A DNA stretch of 64,000 nt from Somniosus microcephalus (Eukaryota): NCBI GenBank assembly GCA_052327205.1, contig CM126223.1, positions 43,090,001 to 43,154,000 on the forward strand. Reading direction: 5' to 3'. The stretch's first letter is position 1, and every line of letters starts with the position of its first letter. The position numbers and the translations under genes are program-made. The notes under the pieces are model-generated. The model saw only the letters and a program-made list of their open reading frames with translations, was not told the DNA's origin and did not search any database. Positions 49,860 to 60,822 of this stretch are shown one piece after another.

Positions 49860-50765
49860 ATCATAGAATAATACAGAACTGAAGGAGGCCATTCAGGCCA
49901 ACGAGGCTGCTCTAGCTCTTTCAAAGAGCAATCCAGTTCGTCCCACTCCCCTGCTCTTTTTCCGTATCCCTGCAATTTTTCTCTCCTTCAAGTACTTATC
50001 CAATTCCTGAAGGCTACGACTGAATCTGTTTTCACCATCCCATCAAGCAGCGCATTCCAAATCCTAACCACTCGTTGCGTAAAATAAGTTTTTCCCCAAT
50101 GTCGCCTGTGGTTCTTTTGCCAATCACCTTAAATCTGTGCCCTTTGGGTATCGACCCTTCAGCCACTGGAAGCAGTTTCTCTTTATTTACTCTATCTAAA
50201 CTCTTCATGATTTTAAACACCTCGATCAAATCTCTTCATAGCCTTCTCTGCTCGCAGGAAAACAACCCCAACTTCCCCAGTCTATCCACGTAACTGTATT
50301 CCCTCATCCCTGGAACCATTCTAGTAAATCTCTTCTGTACCCTCTCCAAAGCCTTCACATCCTTCCTAAAGTGTGGTGCCCAGAATTGGACACAATACGC
50401 CAGCTGGGGCCGAACTAGTGTTTTATATAGGTTTAGCATAAATTCCTGGCTTTAGTACTCTGCCTCGATTTATAAAGCCCAGGATCCCATCTGCTTTATT
50501 AACTGCTTTGTTAACCTGTCCTGCCACCTTCACAGATTTATGCACAAACACACCCAGGTCTTTCGGTTCTTGCACCCCCTTTAAAATTGTACCATTTAGC
50601 TTGTATCAGCTCTCCTCATTCTTCTTACCAAAATGTAGCACTTCACATTTTTCTGCGCTGAATTCCATCTGCCATGTGTCCGCCCATTCCACCAGCTGGG
50701 CTATGTCCTCTTGAAGTCTATTACTATCTTCCTCACTGTTTGTGACACTTCCAATCTCAAATTTA
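49860..50765 (-). mobile_element. CR1 LINE 3' fragment
   Basis: WADTWQMEFSAEKCEVLHFG, LYKTLVRPQLAYCVQFW, IEVFKIMK motifs. Confidence 0.93.
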
Positions 50766-51927
50766 TTGTGCCAGCTCCTCCTAAATCTACATCCAGTCTG
50801 CAACCTCCAACTTAATGCACCAATGAGCCACTCGAGTGTCTGTTTTCATAATAGACAACAATCTCGCACACAAACTTCAAAGACTTTTACTTACTTGCAA
50901 CAGCCTTTAGCCAAATTAACTTAGTTTCAATACAGTACAAACCATTTTAGACTGTTTCAACCGCTTTGATTAATATGGATTTTGCAGATGTTTCATGTGT
51001 TAATTTTTTTGCATGCCTGAAAAATGTCAACGCTTCAGGCCACTCTAATGTTCTAGCACATTTTGAGAAACATGTGAGCTTGACTTCTTTTTTAAAAACT
51101 GAAATAGAATAAAAGTCACTTCTGCGTGCACAAAAATTTTCATTTCAATTAAAGGATTTCAATAATGTACCAATAGATATTTGTCTCAAGATTAAATTAG
51201 ATTTTCAATTTCCATTGGAAACTAGATGCACGTCCATTGACATGGTCTACAAACCTTCCATTACTTCAACTAGACAAAAATTAGCTTTTTTTTTGAAGCA
51301 AAAAGTTTCCACTACATATGTTTTTTTCCCCCATTCTGTGTGTAAGCAGAATTATGAGCATTAAGAATTACTCAGAAAATACAAGTAATATATCTGTATT
51401 TTTGGTTGCGATACAAACTTTTACTACAATTGGCAGTTGCTTAAATTTTATATTCAATTGGTGGGAAGAAGCATTGTGTTCTTAATGAATGCAAGGCTCA
51501 GTGCACTGACGTCCTACTTCAGTAATAGCACAAATGGGAAGTGAAAGTCACCCAGGAGAAGTAGGTAGTGGGCCGTGCACCCACCCCTGATGTCACTGCA
51601 GGGGAAATTTTACACCGCTTTCCTTAGGTTAACTCTAGTTTAGTCACACTTACTCTTGTGTACCGATGAGCAGATGCTGACGTCCTTTTCAGTCACCTGT
51701 TTGCGGAGGTGAAACGCAACAGAAAACAGCAAGCAGCATAAAATGTAGTAACGAAAAGCATGTAAATAAATGTACCCTTCACAAAGAGAGAAAAGTCTGC
51801 ATGTTGAATTTAATAAAGGCTACCACTTCAAAAAACATCCTAAATGTTAGCGGCCAATGCACTTGGGCATCAGCAGACTTCATACAATCATTGATTCCAT
51901 CACATTTTTGAAAAAATATATACTTAC

Positions 51928-52087
51928 AATGAGTGACTCCAGCTAGAGTTTGATAGAAGGTAGGTGTATCACTATCATCAGTAAGAGTGACACATACTCC
52001 ACCCGACAGCAGCCATCGAGCAAATGTGAATGCATCCTTATTCTGAAGGAGCCAGTTCTTGAACTTCTCATAATTTACCTTTTCTCC
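51928..52087 (-). CDS. USP32: USP32 coding exon (human exon 5 equivalent, 160 nt)
   Basis: Translates GEKVNYEKFKNWLLQNKDAFTFARWLLSGGVCVTLTDDSDTPTFYQTLAGVTH(L), near-identical to vertebrate USP32. Acceptor cttag, donor gtaagt, phase 0 to 1. Missed by the ORF track. Confidence 0.97.
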
Positions 52088-54594
52088 CTAAGATGAAAGC
52101 AAAGTGTCAAACTAGAACGGTACGCACAAAGTCATCAATCATTACATTCAAGCATGCACTGAAAAATAGAACTTAAGTAGAATTAAAATCACCAGAAGTA
52201 ACCATAGCTACCATGGTGCCTCGCGTGCTTTGAGAGTTGATTTGAGCTTGTGAAGCACATCACTTCAATAGTATTTTACGCGGAAAGGTCGTTCAGGTTA
52301 TGAAGTCTTATCCCATGTAATTCAGTTTCAAATCACAGATGTTCTGTAACATGTGCATGCCTTTCAACACTGGGCAGACATCAAAGTCGTTTGAAAAATT
52401 ATGTTTTACATTGTTTTAAATATCATTCGAAGTATTTGATATAAAATGGTTTATCATCTCCACAGTACAGAAAGCTGCTATTTGGAATATTAATAAAGTG
52501 ATGTAAAACTAAATTTCTAAAATAGGCACTTGTGGTGAATTCTATTGAGAAAGTATAGACAGGAGAACACCAATAATCTGGTCCCTATTATGGTATGGTT
52601 TTTTGATGCTATTAAATAACTACAGTATCTGATTTCCTAATTGATCTGAAGAAGTCGATCATCACCATAAAGGCCCCTTTAGCGTAACCGTAACCCTAAC
52701 CCAACAACAATAATTATTGGTATTTAAATTATATCAAAAGGAGGCAAGGAATATATTTAGGAAAGTACTAATAGCAAATCTAAAACAATAAGTGACTTAA
52801 AGATTCAGACCTGTATTTTCTTAATCTATTGAAGAAAATGATTAGTAAACTCATTGTCCACGTTGCCACTACAGTGGACAGGTTGTACGTACATTCCTCC
52901 ACCAACCCCCTTACTCCATATTATTCCCCTCTCAGTTCCTTCTCTTTTTCATTGTTTTACTTGTTGGTATCCATAGGTTAAAGAACTTAACAGTCAGATA
53001 CAACTGGGTGCAGCAAATTTTGCATTATTGGATTAACTTTCAAGTTGCATATTATTGTTTGTATATACATTGTTCATTTAGGAATTCTTTTATACTCTCT
53101 GAACCATACACCCCTTGTGCTTTATTATTTGTATAGATCCCAAAAATGAAGACTGCAGTGGAAAGCACAGGAGGAGGATGATGTCTACAATTAGAAGCCA
53201 TCACTAAGTCAGCAATCAATACTGGACTCAGGCAGGTGGCCCATCCTCTGAGCATTTGGTGTTAAGGGTTAAAGTCCTAAATATATTGCGCTAGGTTACA
53301 ATTAGCTGTAGAGTTCTAAGGAATTGAGACCTTCATACAACAGGTGTGAATGATGGGTTTCAAATATCAACTTTTGATTTGCTATTTATTGAGATAGTTT
53401 TTATTTTGAATCAACCAGCCACTCCAAAACCTCAGCCTCAATACACTAAAGTAAGTATAAATGACATTAAATACATTTACTGTGCACAGGTTTGTAAACA
53501 AAATCATTTAATCTGTACTATTAAAGTGGTCTTAAATTTCTGAGAGTGTTAAATAAAGTTAATACTCATGGCTGTTGTAATCCAAGTCTACCTTAATTAT
53601 GTTCCAAAAGTGAAGTTTGAAAAAAAAAAATGGACTCGTCAGCAATATTCATACTCAGATTAACCTACACAAGACTCCATACCTCAACCTTCTGGAATTT
53701 TAGAAGCACGTGTACACAATGAATTTGAAAACCACCTGTCTAGACTAGCAAAGTGAATTTTACAGCTATAAAATTACCATTTTAGAAGGTTCATCTTAAA
53801 GAAACTGACTTTCTACATGTGTTCTGTTGACAGACGCACTGACATACCAGATATTTCAATAGTGCAGACACTGATGTTTTCTTAGCTTTCAAAATTTTAA
53901 GTGTTATGTAAATTACTGTAAATGGTTATCTGTACTTCAATAACAAGGGCATCTTGACTACAAAGTAAACCCTTTTGACATGGGAATACTTTTGCAGGTT
54001 TTCCCCCCTCGATATTTGGGGATTTCTTTGTGGGAATTTTTGCTGCAGTTACATAATATCGTGTGACTGTTATTGTGGCAATATTATAGCGATAAGTCAA
54101 TCTTAAAAGCAGTGTACATCAGATTAAAATTTTAATACAACCAAGTTCACATTTGTGTTTTAAAGTAGACAGAAATAAACTGGATCTTTTTGCCACTTTG
54201 TACATAACATGAATTAACATTACTGAACCATATTCAATGCTGTATAAATGGAAATTGATGCATATGTAGTAGAGAGACAGTGTACACCTTGGGAAAAACA
54301 AAACATGAGTGCCTACAATCCAATCCAGCCCAAAAATGTATTTTGTGATTTTACTAGGTTCGCACCTCTCTGCCACAGTAGAAGTTGTTTTTGGGTGTCT
54401 CTCTACGTGAAGAGTAGACCGTGTCTATTGTGTTCAGCTTGAGATCATACAACAAAAAGCCCTCAACTACATCCTTACAACAGAAAAAATTGTGGCCTAC
54501 TGTGACCTGTGCAGTGTACCTGGTTGTTTCTGGACTTTAAAGACAACATGCTGGGGGCAGGGAGCCCATATAAGTCAACAAAGACGGGCGTGAT

Positions 54595-54810
54595 CAGCGA
54601 GTGGAACAGGATACATTTGGCGGAGTTTTGTACAAGTTGTAGTCTATGGAGGGTGGGAGACTGGAAAGAAAGACATTGAGATGTCTAGAGATGACAAGTG
54701 GGGTTTCAGTAGCAGTGTGGCTGAGATGGGCAACGTTGCAGAAGTGGATGTAAGCAATCGTGGTGATGGATAGGATGCTAGGTTTGAAGCTTAGCACTGG
54801 GTCAAACACT
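54595..54810 (-). mobile_element. Old L2 fragment
   Basis: FDPVLSFKP.I.SIT..AY.H..N.A remnant. Confidence 0.7.
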
Positions 54811-55429
54811 GCCAAAAATTTGCATGGTCTGTCTACCCATAAGCCACATTTCTATCAGCATCAGATTGTTGATAGATTCATCCATCGTGAGGTCATGTAC
54901 GACAAGGCTTTGAGCTTGGAAATTAATATTCTGGAAAGCAACGCAGAGCAGGGTGGGGCCAGAGGGTGCCGTGCGGAGGAAGAAGTTAGGGAAATTAACC
55001 CCCAAAGAGCAAGCTGGTCACTGGGTAAAAAGTGAGGCAATTGAGGTTGCTGCTCTGGAGAGCCAAGAATGGGTGCCACTCTATATCTTCACAGCCTAAC
55101 ATACCAGATTCTCATCTCAGCAATATGGGCTATATTTGAGCCACATCCCCATGAGAATACTTCTCAGGATAGGATAGATCCCAAAAATGAAACATTCCAA
55201 AACTGCAAAATACAGTTAGTAATGCATTCAAAAACCAGCAAGTTCGAATGCCACTCAAGGCTGCTTCTAACCCCATGTCCTCAAACATAGTGCACTGGTT
55301 GTATTTCTTCACTATTAATCTTCAGTTTTTCAGTTCTTTCAAATATAAAAAATAGCACAATCTTCTTTCATAGGACAAATTAATTTCACAACTGAATACT
55401 TAAAAAAAAGTTCATAATTTAATAATAGT

Positions 55430-56785
55430 TTGCTTCCAATTTCCACCCTTCCCTCACCTTCACATGGTCCATCTCCGACTCTTCCCTTCCCTTCCTTGAC
55501 TTCTCTGTCTCCATTTCTGGGGATAGGCTATCGACCAACATCCACTAAAAGCCCACTGACTCCCACAGCTACCTGGACTACACTTCCTCCCACCCTGCTT
55601 CCTGTAAGGGCTATTCCATTTTCCCAGTTTCACCGTCTCCGCCGCATCTGTTCTGACGATGCCACCTTCCATACCAGTGCTTCCGGTATGTCTTCCTTTT
55701 TCCTCAACCGAGGATTCCCCTCTACCGTGGTTGAAATGGCCCTCGACTGTGTCCGACATGGCCCTCGACCGTGTCCATTTCATTTCCCACACTTCTGCTC
55801 TCACCCCTTCCCCGAACCACGACAGGGTTCCCCTTGTCCTCACCTTTCACCCCACCAGCCTCCACATTCAACGGATCATCCTGCGCCATTTCCGCTACCT
55901 CCAGCGTGATCCCACCACCAAACACATCCTCCCCTCCCCCACCCTTTCAGCAATCCGAAGGGACCACTCTCTCCGCGACACCCTGGACCACTCCTCTATC
56001 ACCCCCAACACCCCTTCCCCTGGCACCTTCCCATGCAAGTGCAGGAGATGCAACACCTGCCCTTTTAAATCCTCCCTTCCCACCATCCAGGGCCCCAAAC
56101 ACTCCTTCCAGGTGAAACAGCGATTTACTTGTTCTTCTTACAATTTAGTATACTGTATTCGCTGCCTACGATGCAGTCTCCTCTACATTGGGGAGACCAA
56201 ACGCAGATTGGGCAACAGCTTTGCTGAACACCTCCGTTCAGTCCGCAAACGTGACCCCGAGCTTCCGGTCGCCTGTCACTTTAATTCTCCGCTCCGCTCC
56301 ACTCCTACTCTGATCTCTCCATCCTCAGCCTCTTACATTGATCCAACGAAGCTCAACATAAGCTCGAGGAGCAGCACCTCAACTTTCTATTAGACACTTT
56401 GCACGAGTTCAACAATTTCAGACTATAAATTGGTCCCTGTATTTCTTTTTTTTCCTCGTTTCCTCACATGGTAGCTGTTAATGTTGCTGCCATCATCATC
56501 CACACATCATCTAGAGCCATCTTTTGTTTCTTAACTTGTCCCATTACCTCTCCTTTTGCCTTGCATGGTCATCCCTTTTGTCATTCAATCTCTCCTGCCT
56601 TCCATCCTATCACAGACCTTCCCTTAGTTCTTTCCTCCCCTCCTCCCTACCCCTGCTGAAAAATCTCTCCTCACTAACCTTTTCCAGTTCGGACGATGGG
56701 TTCGACCTGAAATGTCAACTCTGTTTCTCCTCTCCTCGACGCTGCCTGACCTGGGGAGTGTTTCCAGCACTTTGTTGTTATTTCA
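55430..56785 (+). mobile_element. Penelope-like retroelement 3' part with GIY-YIG endonuclease remnant
   Basis: ORF 55659-56393: CKCRRCNTC, FTC...NLVYCIRC..C...YIGETKRRL...FAEH, VACHFN; terminal repeat with degenerate hammerhead near 56685-56720. Confidence 0.93.
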
Positions 56786-58234
56786 TAATTACTGTTCAGT
56801 TTTAAATCACAGGTAAATTAAGGGTGTCCGTGCTGGAGGAATATTTTGGATAGCAACAGAATATAATTGAATTCCATTTTACTGCTGTTCTGCTACCTAA
56901 AGACCAGCTCAAATGGATCTTTTGGATTAGTAGGCAACCAAATAGATGGCTGGGTGACTCTGAACTTCTAGATGTTAAAGTGAAATCTATGAAGAGGATC
57001 ATGATCATTACTCAGTCTGATTTTGCCTTCAAGCATTAGAAGTGGATTTCTCAAGATATCCAAGTTCCTTTAGGTTACCCCAAAAAAGAAATCTCAAGAA
57101 CCGAGACCTGGCAAATGCAGATATCAGACACACTGATAACTTTGTAGGGAAGACCCTTTTCTATTATACTCTATTAACTGTAGCACAGCAGTGCTGAGTA
57201 TGACGTGTGGTGTCAACTTGTTGCAAGATGATGATTCTGACATCAGCCAAGCTTGGGTTTTATGATGAAAATCTAAGGTGACCTGCAACTTCCAAAGTTT
57301 TCAGTGGTATCTTTAATCTATCCAAGTGCAAGATATTTATCAAGCATCCGGCTTGTATCTATATAATATTTTCACCTCAATCTCGAAGAGTACGGAGTTT
57401 AATATCCACCTAATCAACATCCTCTTATTAATGTACTTTAAGATTTTTTGGGCGAGGGAGTGCGAAGACAAATACTAGTCGAATATCCATTACATGCAGC
57501 ATCACAATATTTTATATGGTATATAAATTAAGCTGCTGGCACAAATCTTACTGTAGGCCGGTAGATTCATGCCATTAAGCAGAGTTAACAGACTAATTCT
57601 TTGATTGGATGCTCCAGATGAGAAGCAGCGCTGGTCTGGAAATCAAAGGCCCATAGCCCTCAATTTTCCATTCAGAAAGTCAGGTGCTGCGTGCCAGTGA
57701 TACTCACTAGCACCCCCTGCAAGCCCTGCCAGTGGATGCGTCAGTAGGGCAGACAGAGGGTAGCTGTGTTCAGGGGGCCGCTTCTGCCAAGGGAGCCTCT
57801 AGGAACAAGTTGCAGACAGCTTTGTGTCTCCCCAGTTCCAGGTGAAGGCTGACCATCATTCACTGTGATTGAAATATGTTCAGCCATACCTTTATTTGGG
57901 AGGGCTAAACTTTAATTGCAGAGGACACTGCAATAAAATAAAATAATTTAATCTAACGGTTCTGAGTTTCGCTCTGATTGAGTGCCAATGGAGCCAAGAA
58001 ATTAAATGATCATTTAAACTCACTGATGTACAATAATTCTTTATTAAATGATCATTATTTCAAAGTTAAAAAATGGAGTCAATGATGTGTGTTACAAGTA
58101 CAGTACAGGAAACTGTGTGTTATCCGGAGGCTAAATGTCCCGCAAGCTTGAGCCACCGGCAAAAATCAGGAGCCGTTTTTTTTCTTTGTTTCTTTTTGTT
58201 GCTTTTTTCTCAACAGTCAAGCTCTGCAAGGTCT

Positions 58235-59299
58235 GTAGCTAAGCAACAGCTTCAGCTAGAGACGCTACAGAGACGCTTGCCGACTGTTTAGAAGCTGTTG
58301 CTAGGCAACAGGGTTTGTTGATTCACACGGAGCTGAAAATGTCCGTATGCTTCAACATTCGCGCTGGAGTGTCCGCAGTTTTGAGGGAACGGCGACAGCT
58401 CGGTCCCGTCGGTGCCAGATAGCACAAAGTTTCCTGTAATGTGAAACAGATGAAATGGTAAAAAGGCATGCATTATGGCACCAAGTGACTTATACCATCA
58501 TATGGCCACTTAAAAATATATATCAGTCAATCTCCCTTGGCGTTGTAAACAGGGAGCTAAGGCAGAATCCAGTATTCAGGTTAAGCAGGTTTGAAGGTGA
58601 TGGGGTACATGGAAACAGGTTGGGGGATTGTCAAAACCCTTTGTGGGGATAATGGGAGTTGCCACAAATGCTGCTTTGTGGTGGGAGACAGAGTCCTTAA
58701 TGTCTCCTTAGTGGAATGGGGGGGGGGGGGGGGGTAAAACAATCAACTTTGCTCAGTGGGGAATGGGGGCTTGATTATTTTTAGAGCAAGGAAGCCTTGC
58801 GCATTCGGAGATGGACTGCAGCAAACCTGGGATTTAATTTTGCGAAATTCATATCATTCACATTTGCAGGCTTTCACACAGAGATCACAAAGATTGCTTT
58901 CTATTATTGTTTGTTCAGCGACTGTTCCTGGGAGCCACATATATTTTCTGTACGATGGAGTACCAAAGGAATTATTGAAGATACAGTTTGGAGCGGTCAC
59001 ATAGTGTTAGGTGCTGAAAATTGAATTTGTCACGTAATGTTACAGCCGGAAAGCAATAACCATTGCAATCTTGAGACTATTCACCCATTTTTAATATTTG
59101 TAATTACATATAATAGATATAGAAAAATAATAAAGTACATTTTTTAATAATGTTTCCTAGGTTTATTTTGACCTTTCTGAACATGTAATAGACTTGTGTT
59201 TAACAAAACAAAATTGGTATGACACAAATTCAACCAATGCTATAATGAGACACATTTCTCATGAATTATCAACAAGCAGCAAAAAGTTCCCATGGCAAC
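58235..59299. promoter_or_regulatory. Cluster of RFX X-box-like motifs in intron 4
   Basis: GTAGCTAAGCAAC (58235-58247), GTTGCTAGGCAAC (58297-58309), GTTCCCATGGCAAC (59286-59299). Confidence 0.45.
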
Positions 59300-59559
59300 G
59301 TAGAAAACATTGAATTTCCCCAGAACTTCCTCAGGGAAATCCCATACTTCACAACCAAAAGGAAAAATATGAAGAAGCTCGCACAATTGCAATAGCAGTT
59401 CTGCCACTTACATTTTCCTGTTTTCTAATTTCACTTTTTAAAAAATTATTAGACAATCAAATGATGCACTGAATTTCCCCCATTCTTTATGAACACTGAT
59501 GCACAAAATAGGAAAAGTAAATCACATTTACAGTGACAGGAAAAAAATCCTCACTAAAA

Positions 59560-59792
59560 CATCAAGGGAGGAAATGAGGAGAAATCTTTTTGTGCAGAGA
59601 GTTATGATGATCGGGAATGCACTACCTGAAAGGGTGGTGGAAGCAGATTCAATAGCAACTTTCAAAAGGAAACTGGATCTATATTTGAAAAGGAAAAATT
59701 TGTAGGGCCATAGGACTGATTCGATAGCTCTTTCATAGAGCTGGCACAAACACGATAAGCCGAATGGCCTCCTTCTGTGCTGTATGATTCTT
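59560..59792 (+). mobile_element. CR1 3' fragment
   Basis: MRRNLFVQRV...NALPERVVEADSIATFKRKLD plus CR1 tail. Confidence 0.85.
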
Positions 59793-60086
59793 TGAAAACA
59801 AATTAAAAATTTAAGACTTTCAATTTTTTCTTTATCCTAGTTTTAACAAGATAGTTAATTCGGCTACAGTAAAGGCTGTATGGGGCTGGGTGCCCTCAAT
59901 GTGATCATTTGTACTATGGGTGGCACAAAAACTAGTCCGCTGTACAAACATATACAGACACACACATATATATATCTCCTAATCAATGCAAGGCCACCGT
60001 TAAAGTGTCTCTAATTATGTACGAATCCGTTCTTTCCCATTTTATATTGCACTTCTGGCTTTTGGCTGATGCAACAAAAAAATCAT

Positions 60087-60822
60087 GGCCCGGATTTTAT
60101 GGGGCCCATGACCACGTATGCACACACAGGTGCCCTGCAAGTTCCAGGTTTACGCATGTGATGCGCGTGCGTGAAAATCCAGAACTTGCGATCCGTCAAG
60201 TTACAGCTCGACAGATCATCCACATGCGCAGGAAATGGACATTCGCTGACGGAGAGTTGGGCTATTTGCGACTGCCCACAAAACTCTTACGTCTGGTGAG
60301 GCGTAGGGCCTTCTTTTACCAACGTAAGGGTTTAAAAAAAATATTAAAATACAAAAAATTAAACCATTTAAACATTCAAAAATCTTTAAAATTAGTTTAG
60401 GTTATTTTTGGCCCCTTTAAAAAGGTTTACATTTATTTTTCAAAACATAACATTTTTGTTTTAAAATGTTTAACTAAATTGTATTTTTATTAATTTTAAA
60501 CATGTGATGATTTCTTTTTATTTAGGTTGTGTGAAAGTGTGTTTTTTATGCGATTCCTATTATACTTATGGGGAGTCCGTACGCAAATGGAATCTCCACA
60601 AGCATAATGAGAATCCCCCTTTGTGATTAGTTGGGCCAGCCCACGTGATCCCAGGGATGCTTGCGAACCGCCTGCGCCCCTGGGTTATGTGGGCCTTTAC
60701 GCAGGCCTGCAGGCCCAGGACCGCAAGAGTCCGAAGGCACAGAGGCACCAAGTAGGTGCGTTCTTTTCTTGCCGATTGGAGGCATTCGCCCGCAGGAAGC
60801 CGCCGACCGCAATTTCAGGTCC
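60087..60822 (+). mobile_element. PIF/Harbinger-type MITE (736 bp)
   Basis: TIRs GGCCCGGATTTT / AATTTCAGGTCC with 3-bp TSD CAT. Confidence 0.87.

Noticed and set aside
52682-52705. Interstitial telomere-like TAACCG-TAACCC-TAACCC
   Set aside because: Only about three degenerate units; not significant.
57708-57890. Alternative first coding exon (ATG...GTGAGT on the minus strand)
   Set aside because: Both ATG frames stop before the donor; the overlapping CTCF-like motif has key mismatches.
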